DNA of 64,000 nucleotides from a virus (lineage: Duplodnaviria > Caudoviricetes), in IMG/VR virus record IMGVR_UViG_3300006217_000013, positions 33,555-97,554 of that record. The stretch is one strand, 5' to 3'. This document shows, in pieces, positions 9,979-20,704 of the stretch. The notes beneath the pieces are model-generated. The model had not been told where the DNA came from. It did no database searches and saw only the letters and a list, made by a program, of their open reading frames with translations. A program made the translations under genes and the position numbers. Each line of letters begins with the position of its first letter. Position 1 is the first letter of the stretch.

Positions 9979-10992
9979 TTGCCTCGTGGAACAACAAGAG
10001 AAGACTTTATTGTTGAAAATCTAAATGCACAGCCAAATGTAGATGTTAACGTACAGATACATATACCGAGGTCGCCTGTCGCATTTGATGAAACTAAACA
10101 TAAATACAAATGTTCTTGTTGTGGTAAGCCATTTACCAAGCAGAACGGGAATTTTCAAAAGAGTAATGACGTATTATTTCAAGCCAATGATGGCTATTTG
10201 CCTTGGTGTAAGGAATGTACCGATAAATATGTTAATCAACTAACAGCTCTATTTTCTAACAATGAGGAACTTGCAATGAAGGATTTTTGTCAAAGGGCGG
10301 GTTGGAATTGTGATGTTAATGCATTAAAAGCATCTATGGAAACATATAGCGGTCACAGGGATAGATCGCGTATTAGCCACTACGCTGCCAAGAAAAACCT
10401 TAATTGTGGCGGTAGAAAGACATTTATTGATACAATTAAGTTCGATTTTTTGAATAGGCAGAAGGAAGTGATTTTATCTAAAGAACAAGCTAAAGCAGAT
10501 GATATTGCTGTAAAAGCTTCTGCGATAGACCGTTGGGGTGCTGGTCTTACAGAATTAGACTATAAAAACTTAGAAGAACACTATAAAATGCTCAAAAAGA
10601 ACAATCCAAATTGTGATAACAACCAAGAAATTTTTGTAAAGGCACTATGTAACCTTAATATGCTTGCTATGAAAGCATTGCAGAACGATGATTCAGATAA
10701 ATATATGAAATTAACTGACCAGTATGCTAAAACTTTTAAACAGGCAGGTTTGAGAACAATAGAAGAAAAAGATGCAAGTAATGACGAAACTTTCTGTATG
10801 ACTCTTGGGTTTATATCAGATTATACACCTGAAGAGTTCTATAAAGAGCAAACTCTGTATCAGGATTACGATAAATTTGGTGATTATATAGAAAGACATA
10901 TAACACGCCCAATGATGAATTTGAAAACAGGCGATGATGTGAGAGATAGTGAATTCTTTGTACCAGAGGTGGATGAATATGAAGAAGAATGA
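9979..10992 (+). CDS. Zn-finger protein upstream of terminase; putative terminase small subunit
   Basis: CSCCG...WCKEC; overlaps the terminase large subunit gene. Confidence 0.55.
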   Translation: MPRGTTREDFIVENLNAQPNVDVNVQIHIPRSPVAFDETKHKYKCSCCGKPFTKQNGNFQKSNDVLFQANDGYLPWCKECTDKYVNQLTALFSNNEELAMKDFCQRAGWNCDVNALKASMETYSGHRDRSRISHYAAKKNLNCGGRKTFIDTIKFDFLNRQKEVILSKEQAKADDIAVKASAIDRWGAGLTELDYKNLEEHYKMLKKNNPNCDNNQEIFVKALCNLNMLAMKALQNDDSDKYMKLTDQYAKTFKQAGLRTIEEKDASNDETFCMTLGFISDYTPEEFYKEQTLYQDYDKFGDYIERHITRPMMNLKTGDDVRDSEFFVPEVDEYEEE

Positions 10993-12808
10993 TTTATCTC
11001 ATTATGCAGACAGTAATCAGCTTGCAGTATATAAAAACTTTCCCTCTACACATTATTTGAGTAATCCAAACAATGTTCTCCATATTTTGGCATGGGGAAC
11101 TTTTTTTAGACGGAATATGCATCGCTTTGTAATTGATTACCTAAAAATTTCATTATATGAATATCAAGCACTGGCAATATATGCAATGGGGGTATCTAAC
11201 TTAATATGTATTATAGCAAGCCGAAATGATGCCAAATCATTTCTTGTTGCAATATATGCTGTTGCGAGATGTCTGTTATATAAGGGCACAAAATTTAGAA
11301 TCGGAGCTGCTACAGAAAAGCAAGCAAAACTTATAGTCTCTGAAAAGATTATAGATGAGCTATGCGATTGGTCTCCTGTCTTAAAAAAAGAAATTGAGTC
11401 TTATGGGGTGCGTAGCAACGATATATATGTAAAATTTCGTAATGGCTCAAAAATCACTGTTTTTGTTGCCAATGAAAACGCAAGAGGTCTTCGTAGCAAT
11501 GCCATTTGTAGAGAAGAAACTCGACAAATCAAAAAGAAGGTAGAAGATTCTGTAATATCGCCATTTCAGACGCCTAGAAAGCCTAAATATTTGTTCAAAG
11601 AAGAATATAAAAACAACAAACTGTTAAAAGAACAGCCTGTAGATATTTATATTAGTTCAAGTTGGTATGATGATGGACATTGGATGTGGGATATTGCTGA
11701 CCAAGCATTGGACGATATGGAAAAGCACAAAGGCGGCTTAATGCTTGCTTTTGACGAAAGTATTACTATCAAACACGAACTTAAAACGATGGAGCAACTA
11801 ATTAAGGAAAAGAAAAAACAAGACCCTATAACGTGGAAAATTGAATTTTTAAATCTTAAAGTAAGAGATTCCTTATCTTCGTTTTTTACCTATTCTATGC
11901 TCTTAAATCGACAGGTTTCTAAAAAAGTATTTTATCCTCGTACTACTATTGATGTGCGAAGCGGCAAAAAGAACAAACATATAATCCCAAAATTAGATAA
12001 TGAAATAAGAGTTGTTTCTAATGATATTGCTTTTGTAGCTGGAAGTCAGAATGATAATTCTGTATATTCTTGCATTAGAGCTATACCTGAATCTATTACG
12101 TATACAACCAAAGCAAACTCTACCGAGTCTAATTTTATTGAAATTAAACAGGGTTATCGCCGTGAATATCCGTATATTGAGTCAAATCAAATTGGTGATA
12201 CAACTTTGCAAGCTATTCGTATTCGGCAACTTTTTGAAGATTTTGAAAGTGATTATATTGTATTGGATACTCGAAATGGTGGTTTGCAAATTTTATATAC
12301 GTTACAGAAAGTGTTGTATGATGAGGAGCGTGGCATAGAGTATCCTCCGTTAAAGTGTATGAATAATGACGAATATGCTAAAGCTTGTTCAGACCCTCAC
12401 GCTAAGGCTTGCATTTATGTCATTAATGCTACTCAATCCTTAAATAGTGATATTGCTATGAACTTCAGAAAGAACTTAGTTGAAAACAAAATAGATTTTT
12501 TGGTTAATTATAATACAGCCAAAGAAGAAATACTCTCTAACAACAAAGACTATCTTGAAGAAATAGATATTGATAGACAAATTGATTTTGAGAGACCCTT
12601 TCTTGAGACTCAGGCGATGATTAGCGAATGTGCGGAATTGCAGTATGAGAAAATGCCCCAAACAGGACTTATTAAAATACAAGAAAGGGGAAAAAACAGA
12701 AAAGACCGATACACAAGTTGTTCGTATGGGTCTTATTTTATTGACCAATTGGAATTAGATATACTTGGTTCGAGTTCAGATTATGACTATGCTGTACTTA
12801 TAAACTAA
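10979..12808 (+). CDS. terminase large subunit (SPbeta YonF-like)
   Basis: Walker A-like ASRNDAKS, Walker B AICREE, YISSSW motif, nuclease SNDIAF...RKDRYTS; SD GAGGTGG before ATG 10979. Confidence 0.85.
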   Translation: MKKNDLSHYADSNQLAVYKNFPSTHYLSNPNNVLHILAWGTFFRRNMHRFVIDYLKISLYEYQALAIYAMGVSNLICIIASRNDAKSFLVAIYAVARCLLYKGTKFRIGAATEKQAKLIVSEKIIDELCDWSPVLKKEIESYGVRSNDIYVKFRNGSKITVFVANENARGLRSNAICREETRQIKKKVEDSVISPFQTPRKPKYLFKEEYKNNKLLKEQPVDIYISSSWYDDGHWMWDIADQALDDMEKHKGGLMLAFDESITIKHELKTMEQLIKEKKKQDPITWKIEFLNLKVRDSLSSFFTYSMLLNRQVSKKVFYPRTTIDVRSGKKNKHIIPKLDNEIRVVSNDIAFVAGSQNDNSVYSCIRAIPESITYTTKANSTESNFIEIKQGYRREYPYIESNQIGDTTLQAIRIRQLFEDFESDYIVLDTRNGGLQILYTLQKVLYDEERGIEYPPLKCMNNDEYAKACSDPHAKACIYVINATQSLNSDIAMNFRKNLVENKIDFLVNYNTAKEEILSNNKDYLEEIDIDRQIDFERPFLETQAMISECAELQYEKMPQTGLIKIQERGKNRKDRYTSCSYGSYFIDQLELDILGSSSDYDYAVLIN

Positions 12809-12823
12809 AGAAAGGATATATTT

Positions 12824-14413
12824 ATGTCAGATAATGAAATAAATAACAATCGTGGACATCCGTATGATGACGCGAGTAAAGAATACGAATTCAACAGCTA
12901 TGTTGGAAAATATGTTTGCGATTCAATTTTTAGTTGTGGTATCTTTGATTGTTTTTCTAAAGAAGAGATTGACAATATTCTAAAAGACCCCATTATATAT
13001 CATAAAGAAGCAATGGAACTTGCTAATTTTATTTATAATAAAAATGGTATTGTAGCTAACTCCATTGATTATATGGATGCTTTAATGTGTTTAGACCGCG
13101 TAATCACAAATAAGTCTAAAAAGCCAAACAAAAAGACACAGGCAAATAAAGAACTTATGCGGTCTACTTTAAGCACTATTGACGATAAAGCTTTTATTCG
13201 TGACGCACTACATACGGAAATGAATAATGGTATATGTTTTTACTATTTTGAGACTACTCAAAAGAATGCGGATATGTCTAAATTTATGCAAGATTGTGAA
13301 GTTGAAAACATATACGAAATCAATGAGATAGGCATAAATGCAAGTATTATAACCCTTCCCTATCAATATACAAAGATTGTAGGTAAAAAGAATGGAAGAT
13401 ATGTCTTAGCGTTTAATTTGCGATATTTTGATGATTTTACAGGTGAAAAACTCGACAGGAAACTTCGTAAATACCCACAAGAAATTTGCAAAGCGTACAT
13501 GTCTAAGTCTCATAAAGGTGATTGGGTAGTTTTAGATAACAATAAAACTATTTGCAGAAAAATCAAATGTAAAGACAGCGAGCCTTGGGGACGTCCTTTA
13601 GCTATATCTGCTCTGGATGATATTTTATACAAAGATTCATTTATAGATACTAAGCGAAAAGTTCTTGATGAAATTAACAATAAGGTTATTTATGAGACTT
13701 TCCCAGAAGGAAAAGATAAGGGTTCTTGTGCATTAACAAAGAAGCAACAGGAAGACCAACACAACGCAGTTAAACAGGCTGTTACTAACAAAAATTCTCG
13801 TGGTGGCATATCATTCTTTTCTGTTGCGGCTGGCACAAAATTGGATACTATTAATGTATCTACTGATATTTTTGATGAAAAGAATGAATCTGACCTAAAT
13901 AACCAAATTTCTTTGGATTTGGGTATATGCGCCACCTTGCTTGGAGCCACGAGTAATGGTGGTAATTATGCGGTTCAGCAAAGCAACTTGGAAATGATAA
14001 CTGCCCAATTATATCGTTGGGTATATGACTTACAGTGTGAACTCAATCATGTAATCAATAAAAATATTATTAAAGACGAAAGAAATAGGGTTGAAATTTA
14101 TTACTTCCCCACTTCATTTGTAAATAGAAAAGCGTTTTTTGACATGATGAAGACTCTTTACACTGAAGCCAGTGGGTCATTAACATTTCTCGTTGCTAGT
14201 GCGGGAGTAGATGTGGAAGCTTATTTCTCAGTAATGGATGAAGAACTTGAAAATGATATTTATAATAAGTACAAGCCTCATCCTACATCATATACCCTTT
14301 CAGGCAACTCAAGTGAGGGTGGGCGTCCCGAAAACACTATGCCTACAAATGAAAACACTATTCAAAGTAAAAGCAATAATAGTAACAAGCAACCTAAACC
14401 ATCAACCAAATAA
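12824..14413 (+). CDS. portal protein (YonE-like)
   Basis: Position after terminase; 529 aa; EPWGRP motif; low-complexity tail with GGRP. Confidence 0.75.
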   Translation: MSDNEINNNRGHPYDDASKEYEFNSYVGKYVCDSIFSCGIFDCFSKEEIDNILKDPIIYHKEAMELANFIYNKNGIVANSIDYMDALMCLDRVITNKSKKPNKKTQANKELMRSTLSTIDDKAFIRDALHTEMNNGICFYYFETTQKNADMSKFMQDCEVENIYEINEIGINASIITLPYQYTKIVGKKNGRYVLAFNLRYFDDFTGEKLDRKLRKYPQEICKAYMSKSHKGDWVVLDNNKTICRKIKCKDSEPWGRPLAISALDDILYKDSFIDTKRKVLDEINNKVIYETFPEGKDKGSCALTKKQQEDQHNAVKQAVTNKNSRGGISFFSVAAGTKLDTINVSTDIFDEKNESDLNNQISLDLGICATLLGATSNGGNYAVQQSNLEMITAQLYRWVYDLQCELNHVINKNIIKDERNRVEIYYFPTSFVNRKAFFDMMKTLYTEASGSLTFLVASAGVDVEAYFSVMDEELENDIYNKYKPHPTSYTLSGNSSEGGRPENTMPTNENTIQSKSNNSNKQPKPSTK

Positions 14414-14426
14414 AATTTAATCTTTA

Positions 14427-14447
14427 AGAGCTACTGGCTCTTTTTTT
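14427..14447 (+). terminator. intrinsic terminator-like hairpin
   Basis: AAGAGC/GCTCTT followed by a T run. Confidence 0.5.
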
Positions 14448-14468
14448 ATTATGTGAAAGGAGGTACTT

Positions 14469-15620
14469 ATGGGCGTTTTAGAGTTGTCATCAAAGAAATA
14501 CAAAAACGGAAGGCGACCTTTTACTGCTATTCTTTATGAATTACAGCCTCCTGAATGTGTTGTAGACGACATAGGAACTAAATTTAATAAAAACGGCATT
14601 ACCTTTTTAGAGGAATATTGTGCCCCACGGTTAGACAGTGTCAAGGATATGAGTGTTACCGTGTCATTTATTGACGATGAACGTACTATGATTTGTGACC
14701 ATGGGGATACGGCAATTGCAGATGATTTGCCCATATTTGATAACGCTGTTACAATAGGTCATTTCACCGAAGGATATATAACCGATATCGAGAAAGATGG
14801 AGAAATAAAACGTGTTGTCTGTGGTAAAGGTTTTCTTGATGAAATGAGATACCATGCGTTCATTGCAACCCTTGAAACAGAGTTACAAAACGGAAATGAT
14901 GTAAGTGGCAGTATTGAGATTTATAAATCGGAAGGCAATGACGCTATTCTTTATAAAAAAGGTTGGCTTCCGCAAGGACGCATACCTATAGATTTTATTC
15001 ATTCAGGATGGGCAATGGTATTAAGTCCATCTGATTCCACTTCAACATTGTTGGAACTAAATTCACAAAAACAAGAAAATAAGGAGGAAAAACACATGAC
15101 AGAACAGGAAGTTATGGCGGCTGTTCAGAAAGCCATTTCTGAAACAAATTCCGTCAAGGCTGAGTCTGAAACTACTATTTCAGAGCTTAATGCTCAGTTG
15201 GAAGAAAAAGATAACAAAATTTCAGAGCTTAATGCTACAGTTGAACAGGTTCAAAAGGCTCTTGATGACTTAAAGAAAGAACAGGAATCATATTGGGATG
15301 AAAGGGCTGCTCTCGAAAAAGAACTCGGGGAATTAAAGGCAGAAAAACGTTTATCTGAGCTTAACGCTGCTATATCTGGATACTCGGAGGATGAACAGAA
15401 ATATGCGGAAATCGAGATAAATTCCTTTAAGGAAAATCCGCTTGAGGGTGATATCAACGCTATAACATCTAAGATTTGCGTTGGTATTGTCGCAAAGCAG
15501 AAAGAAAATGCGAAAGTTTCCGAAATAAATTCACAGAAAAAGACTGATATCGTAGATATATTCGGAGATATCGGTGTCGATAACACACAGACTTCGGCTG
15601 AAGATACAAATATTTTTTAA
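14469..15620 (+). CDS. prohead protease/scaffold protein (YonD-like)
   Basis: Between portal and capsid; GSIEI motif; C-terminal coiled coil with ELN repeats. Confidence 0.7.
   Translation: MGVLELSSKKYKNGRRPFTAILYELQPPECVVDDIGTKFNKNGITFLEEYCAPRLDSVKDMSVTVSFIDDERTMICDHGDTAIADDLPIFDNAVTIGHFTEGYITDIEKDGEIKRVVCGKGFLDEMRYHAFIATLETELQNGNDVSGSIEIYKSEGNDAILYKKGWLPQGRIPIDFIHSGWAMVLSPSDSTSTLLELNSQKQENKEEKHMTEQEVMAAVQKAISETNSVKAESETTISELNAQLEEKDNKISELNATVEQVQKALDDLKKEQESYWDERAALEKELGELKAEKRLSELNAAISGYSEDEQKYAEIEINSFKENPLEGDINAITSKICVGIVAKQKENAKVSEINSQKKTDIVDIFGDIGVDNTQTSAEDTNIF
15096..15620 (+). CDS. nested in-frame scaffolding protein (internal start)
   Basis: AAGGAGG at 15081-15087 followed by in-frame ATG 15096 at the start of the coiled coil. 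Confidence 0.55.
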   Translation: MTEQEVMAAVQKAISETNSVKAESETTISELNAQLEEKDNKISELNATVEQVQKALDDLKKEQESYWDERAALEKELGELKAEKRLSELNAAISGYSEDEQKYAEIEINSFKENPLEGDINAITSKICVGIVAKQKENAKVSEINSQKKTDIVDIFGDIGVDNTQTSAEDTNIF

Positions 15621-15635
15621 GGAGGACAAGCAATT

Positions 15636-16067
15636 ATGATTAGATTTGAAAAACTTGCAGCTACTGAAAAGAATTATCCTTTTATAGATGCTGTGGCTGT
15701 TGCGGATTATGCAAATGGTACATTTGGAACTATTTCTGATGGAAAGTTTACGGCTGGTGCATCATTTATGGCAATTATGCAGATTGAGCGCGGCGACGAT
15801 ATGAAGACAGATAAGTTTGTTGTAAAAAAAGATGAACATATAAGAGTTGCCGATTTCTCAAAGGTAGACGGTCATATTGTGAACATTACATCTGACCAGC
15901 TACCTAAAACCTACAAGGCAAAGGACAAACTTATAGCGGACTCTACTGGCAAATTTGTCGTTAGTACGAGCGCTACAAACAATTATTTTGAGGTAATTGA
16001 ACCAACTCGATATGGTGTCAGGGCTACCGTTGTAGTGGGAACGCCCGCGCCGACAGGTACAAAATAA
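15636..16067 (+). CDS. head decoration/capsid-associated protein (YonC-like position)
   Basis: Synteny; 143 aa; strong SD. Confidence 0.55.
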   Translation: MIRFEKLAATEKNYPFIDAVAVADYANGTFGTISDGKFTAGASFMAIMQIERGDDMKTDKFVVKKDEHIRVADFSKVDGHIVNITSDQLPKTYKAKDKLIADSTGKFVVSTSATNNYFEVIEPTRYGVRATVVVGTPAPTGTK

Positions 16068-16086
16068 TATAAAGGAGGGTAATTAA

Positions 16087-17193
16087 ATGAATTATACTTT
16101 TGAACTAAATAACGCAAAAAGAGATGAAACTCTTGCATCGGGCAAGATAACTGCAAAGTCTCCAGTTGTAGAAATTTTCTCAGCAATGGCAAATGGCGAA
16201 GAACTTTCAAAGTTTGGAGCAAAAGCTGACAAGGCTGCTACATATATTACAACTCTTGGAACAAAGGCTGCTGAAGGAAGTCAGAGTGCTATTTCTGAGC
16301 TTAACGAAATCAGAAAATTCGCTATTCAGCCCAAACTTTTGCAGGAAATCAAACTCCTGAGCACATTTGGCTCGTACAAACCACTCGCATGGGGTGATAC
16401 TGCGTATCTTGAAAAGATTAACTATGAGAATGTACGTGCAGATATTCAGGCTGAGGGACAGGATGTTTCTACTGCATTTGTACGCAAGACAAAGACCCCT
16501 CTTGCTCCTATTACAATTTCGGCAGGTCACAAAGTAAACTACAGAGAAATTGCACTTGGCGATTTACAGACAGAAAACACTCTTATGAACGAAGTTCGTA
16601 CAGAGATGCGAAATAAAGCGGCTCTTTATGTTATCGAAACTATCTATAAAGCTATTGAACAGGCGAATGGTGTTAAGTATTTTTATGAGAACTCAGGTCT
16701 TGTAAAGAGCAATGTAGATGAGCTTCTTACAAAGATAAGACGCTATGGCAAGCCTAATGTAAATGGTGATTATGCCGTTCTTGCTCAGTTCTTGCCATGG
16801 ATTGGATATTCTGGTACTGTTGGTAGCAACGATATTGTAGGTGTTTCACAGAAACTCCTTGATGAAATTGCTGACACGGGAATTGTAGGCAAGTATAACG
16901 GAGCCATCCTTAATGAAATTCCGAATAGCTACAACTTTAATAAACTTACTGATGATGGAAGCAACTATGAAACACTATTGCCTGCAGGGTTAGCATTTGT
17001 TACACCTACGGCTCCTGCTGGTGGCGTTGCCCCTGTTCAGACATTCTCAATAGGTGGTCTTACATCATTTAGCGGTAATTCCGTATCAACAGGAGAAATT
17101 ATGACAAGATTTGACCTTAGCATAGCGGCTGGCGTTGCAGCTACTGATGCTATTGGCATAATTCATGACACAAGCCTTGATACGCTTGCGTAA
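16087..17193 (+). CDS. major capsid protein
   Basis: Synteny; 368 aa; strong SD; followed by a hairpin. Confidence 0.8.
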   Translation: MNYTFELNNAKRDETLASGKITAKSPVVEIFSAMANGEELSKFGAKADKAATYITTLGTKAAEGSQSAISELNEIRKFAIQPKLLQEIKLLSTFGSYKPLAWGDTAYLEKINYENVRADIQAEGQDVSTAFVRKTKTPLAPITISAGHKVNYREIALGDLQTENTLMNEVRTEMRNKAALYVIETIYKAIEQANGVKYFYENSGLVKSNVDELLTKIRRYGKPNVNGDYAVLAQFLPWIGYSGTVGSNDIVGVSQKLLDEIADTGIVGKYNGAILNEIPNSYNFNKLTDDGSNYETLLPAGLAFVTPTAPAGGVAPVQTFSIGGLTSFSGNSVSTGEIMTRFDLSIAAGVAATDAIGIIHDTSLDTLA

Positions 17194-17200
17194 TAGATTT

Positions 17201-17229
17201 CGAGGGGGCGGGATAGTTCTGCTCCCTCG
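17201..17229 (+). terminator. GC-rich hairpin after capsid gene
   Basis: CGAGGGGGCGGG/TCTGCTCCCTCG. Confidence 0.5.
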
Positions 17230-17244
17230 TCTATAAGGAGTTTT

Positions 17245-17433
17245 ATGTTCAACAATCAATTTTATTGTTATTCTAATAGGTTACACTCATTTCTAAATGC
17301 ATTGCGTTTTAGATATATCTCTATTGGGACTAACAAAAACACAAATAAGAATTATTGGGTCTATGAGAAATCCGAGAGCTTAAACTCCGCAATTTCTCTC
17401 TACAACTCTCTCAAATACAAATATAATTGTTAA
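17245..17433 (+). CDS. small hypothetical protein (DUF5659-like)
   Basis: FYCYS..L..FL...YWVYEKSE pattern; SD AAGGAG. Confidence 0.55.
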   Translation: MFNNQFYCYSNRLHSFLNALRFRYISIGTNKNTNKNYWVYEKSESLNSAISLYNSLKYKYNC

Positions 17434-17443
17434 GTTAAGATAA

Positions 17444-17926
17444 TTGAAAGGAAAATGTATGGAAAATATCAATATGGACACTAAAGTTACGGTCGTGAAT
17501 CTTGCTCCATGGAATGTTGCCTTTTCTTATTCTACGATACGTGGGGACGCTAAATTTGCCCCCGGAGCAAAAATCAGAATGAAAAGAGATGAAATTATTG
17601 AGCAAGTCGGCGCAGGAAATAAGCTTTTAGCGGGTATAGATGAGTATGGCTCCCACGCCACCCTTTTTATTGACGATGCGGAAACTCGTAAATATTTAGA
17701 GTTTGATTCGGAAGATGGAAAGCGTACTCAAACAATTATTTCAGATGAGAAGGTACAAAAGTGGTTTGAATTAAAAACGCAGTCTGTTTTTGAAAAGAAA
17801 ATCAAGGCAAATGTTGTAACAAGAGCCGAAAAGGCATTTTTGCTTAATGCAATTAAGCGTCTAAAACTTGATTCGCACGAAAAGATTGCGTTTTGTGTAG
17901 AATATTGCAAGTTCAAACTCAGATAA
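17444..17926 (+). CDS. virion morphogenesis protein (YonA-like position)
   Basis: Synteny. Confidence 0.55.
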   Translation: MKGKCMENINMDTKVTVVNLAPWNVAFSYSTIRGDAKFAPGAKIRMKRDEIIEQVGAGNKLLAGIDEYGSHATLFIDDAETRKYLEFDSEDGKRTQTIISDEKVQKWFELKTQSVFEKKIKANVVTRAEKAFLLNAIKRLKLDSHEKIAFCVEYCKFKLR

Positions 17927-17939
17927 GCGAGGTGGTTTT

Positions 17940-18332
17940 ATGAAAAAAACACAAGCCTCAGAAGTTATAGACAGTTTTGAATCTTCATTTGCTGATAAAC
18001 AAGTAATACCATTTGAACTTGAAATAGTATGGTTAAAAAAAGCTGTAGGAAGATATTCTGCGGAATTAGACACCATCTCATTCGACTCTGAAACATTATG
18101 CTTTGATACAGAACTTGACAGATATGTGGTTGACACTCTTGCTCAGTTTATGTATCAGTTATATCAAGAGCGTCAGGTTTCTTTAGTGAATAAGCGTGTT
18201 AGCATAGTGGGCAAAGATTTAAGCGTTGACGGTAGCGGAAATAGCAAGACTGCCGAAAAAGCACATCTTGCATATGTAGATGAAAAGGCAAGAGATATGG
18301 TTGAAAACCAGAAACCAACCGCTTACATATAG
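17940..18332 (+). CDS. putative head-tail adaptor
   Basis: Synteny and size. Confidence 0.5.
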   Translation: MKKTQASEVIDSFESSFADKQVIPFELEIVWLKKAVGRYSAELDTISFDSETLCFDTELDRYVVDTLAQFMYQLYQERQVSLVNKRVSIVGKDLSVDGSGNSKTAEKAHLAYVDEKARDMVENQKPTAYI

Positions 18333-18341
18333 GAGGGCACG

Positions 18342-19364
18342 ATGAAAGAATGGTATCTCATAGGTTCTCAAACAAAGCCTAATATGATTGGTGGATATGA
18401 AAATCAAGCCTTTTTAGATTATAAAGATGATGCTTTTATGGAAGCACTGACAACAGATATAGCAGACACTGTTACTATCTATAACTATGACTTATCTGAG
18501 TCTTTTGAAGTTAGGTGTATTACTCAAGGGAATCTTGCAGATACACAACTTAAATCACTTGAAAGAACTGTTTTGTTTCCTACAGGAACCGTCAAGGCTG
18601 GTCAGTATATTTATTTTAATAATAATTATTGGCTAATCATAGGTTATCCAGGAAGTAATAAAGTTTACTCAAAGGTCGTAGTGTCTTTGTGTCAGTATTT
18701 ATTACGGTGGCAAAACAATGAGGGGCAAATCATAGAGCGATGGATGGCACATTCTTCTGCTTCTAAATACAGTATGGGAGAAAAAGAAGGCGCAGTACAG
18801 ACACTTGTTTCTGATGATTTTGCAATTCTAATCCCTAACGATGAAGAAAGCCTTAATATTGATGGAAAACGAGTATTTATAGACACCAACAAGAAAAATC
18901 CCAGAAAGACTTTTCAGATTACACGAAATAATGATGCTTTATATGATTATGGAGCAAACGGAGGAGTTCTGTACTTGATTGCTGACAGAGATGAATTTAA
19001 TCCAAAAACAGATAATCAAGAGTTAATGATTTGCGATTACATATCTCCCGATGAGACTACGACTCCCCCATTCCCTGATAAAAGTGATATTTTATCCAAG
19101 ATTAAGGGCAATACAAATCTTAAAATAGGCTTTCCACGCTCTTATACAGTATCATTTACCGATTCTAATGAAAACCCAATAGCAATGCCATCTTTTCAGT
19201 GGAATATTCAAAGTGATTTTGATATAGAGCAATCTGTTAATGGCGATAAAATTTCTTTAAAAATTGATGATGAAGACCTTATTGGATCTTCTTTTATTTT
19301 GCAGGTATTAATTGATAGTATTGTGTCTTCTGAAATTAAGATAAATGTAGTAGAATTGATGTAG
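18342..19364 (+). CDS. putative head closure/neck protein with C-terminal Ig-like domain
   Basis: Synteny; beta-rich C-terminus after a Pro-rich linker. Confidence 0.5.
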   Translation: MKEWYLIGSQTKPNMIGGYENQAFLDYKDDAFMEALTTDIADTVTIYNYDLSESFEVRCITQGNLADTQLKSLERTVLFPTGTVKAGQYIYFNNNYWLIIGYPGSNKVYSKVVVSLCQYLLRWQNNEGQIIERWMAHSSASKYSMGEKEGAVQTLVSDDFAILIPNDEESLNIDGKRVFIDTNKKNPRKTFQITRNNDALYDYGANGGVLYLIADRDEFNPKTDNQELMICDYISPDETTTPPFPDKSDILSKIKGNTNLKIGFPRSYTVSFTDSNENPIAMPSFQWNIQSDFDIEQSVNGDKISLKIDDEDLIGSSFILQVLIDSIVSSEIKINVVELM

Positions 19365-19376
19365 TGAGGTGAGAAT

Positions 19377-19862
19377 ATGGCATATTTAGAAGAGATACCT
19401 AAATATAAAGATGAGTTGCTTCATGCATTCGTAGATAACAATGATATAGTTAAATATATTGACAGTAAAGATAATAATGTCACTGACCCCGTTGATTTGA
19501 TTGGAATTAACATATTTCCTACTCCCTATATTCCTAACACACAATCAGAAGTAAAAACATATATTTGCTTAGATATTTATGTCCCTCGTGTCAAAGATAT
19601 GATGTTCAAAGATGTTCAGATTGTTATCAATATCTTTTCTCATAAAGACACGTCTACATATAGAGGCAAAAGCAGAGTTGATTTGCTTAATATCGAGGTA
19701 GATAAAATTTTGAACGGTAACTATGGCTTTGGCATTGATAAAGTAGATTTGGTGTCCGTTATGCCCTATATTCCAAATAATAGATTTGCGGGCAAACAGA
19801 TTATTTATAATGTACCTAATTTTAATCAAAGGAGATGTAAACATAATGAGCATCCACTTTGA
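19377..19862 (+). CDS. putative tail completion/terminator protein
   Basis: Synteny; RVDLL..EVDKILNG pattern. Confidence 0.5.
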   Translation: MAYLEEIPKYKDELLHAFVDNNDIVKYIDSKDNNVTDPVDLIGINIFPTPYIPNTQSEVKTYICLDIYVPRVKDMMFKDVQIVINIFSHKDTSTYRGKSRVDLLNIEVDKILNGNYGFGIDKVDLVSVMPYIPNNRFAGKQIIYNVPNFNQRRCKHNEHPL

Positions 19863-20661
19863 TAGGGCGTTTCTAATGTCGGGAGAAGATTTTCGTTTAA
19901 CGGATAATATCACCTTATATCATCCTATCGTGGAGGACATAATAAAATTAAATGGTGGCATGAAGTGTGAACTTTTGTACTGGAATTATATCCAGACAGT
20001 GATGTGCAATCCATATACGAATATGGTTATGCTTGATGATATGGGGATAAATTTTTTGGATATTACGCCGTTTGAGGTGTTTATGTTACAATGGGAAAAA
20101 TCCGAAAAAGATTATATTGCCAATAAGTCGCAGTATAACCAAATGAATGTAATTCCCATTAATTATATAAATCAAGCACTCAATTTTTTTATGAAAGAAA
20201 AGCATACATTTGTTCATGGAAAATATCCAAACGGAGATGATTGTCTATACGATATAAATAATACTACATGTCAAATAAACAAAAATACTTTTGAGTATAT
20301 CTATGAATGGCTAAAGGCAATTCATAAAATAGATTATTCAAATCAGATAAAACCCGCTGATGAAAATGCGAGAAAAATTCTGATTGAAGATATACGTGAT
20401 GAAATAAAGAGGCAAAAGCGTCGTAAAGAAAAACCATCAGACAATATAGACTATATAGGAAATCTAATGTCTGCAATCGCCTTTGGCGGAAATGGTGCAA
20501 TTACACCGTTTAATATTAAAAAAAGTAAAATGTTTTGGCTCTTTGACGGATATAAAGTCGGAACAAAAAAAGACCATTCTACACATATATTAGATGGTTT
20601 TTATCACGGAACTATAGCAAAAAAAGACTTAAAAGACGTTGATCTTAACTGGTACGAATAA
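19846..20661 (+). CDS. conserved-type phage tail-region protein
   Basis: SD AAGGAG before ATG 19846; synteny. Confidence 0.55.
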   Translation: MSIHFDRAFLMSGEDFRLTDNITLYHPIVEDIIKLNGGMKCELLYWNYIQTVMCNPYTNMVMLDDMGINFLDITPFEVFMLQWEKSEKDYIANKSQYNQMNVIPINYINQALNFFMKEKHTFVHGKYPNGDDCLYDINNTTCQINKNTFEYIYEWLKAIHKIDYSNQIKPADENARKILIEDIRDEIKRQKRRKEKPSDNIDYIGNLMSAIAFGGNGAITPFNIKKSKMFWLFDGYKVGTKKDHSTHILDGFYHGTIAKKDLKDVDLNWYE

Positions 20662-20704
20662 CCAGTTATTTTTTTATACACAAATTTACAAGGAGGAATA
20701 CATA

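Noticed and set aside
9891-10139. Minus-strand ORF over the tRNA, plus the many short antisense or alternate-frame ORFs inside long genes (e.g. 15251-15586, 41673-42110, 44577-45032, 63335-63721)
   Set aside because: Shadow ORFs of real genes, with no SD or recognisable motifs.
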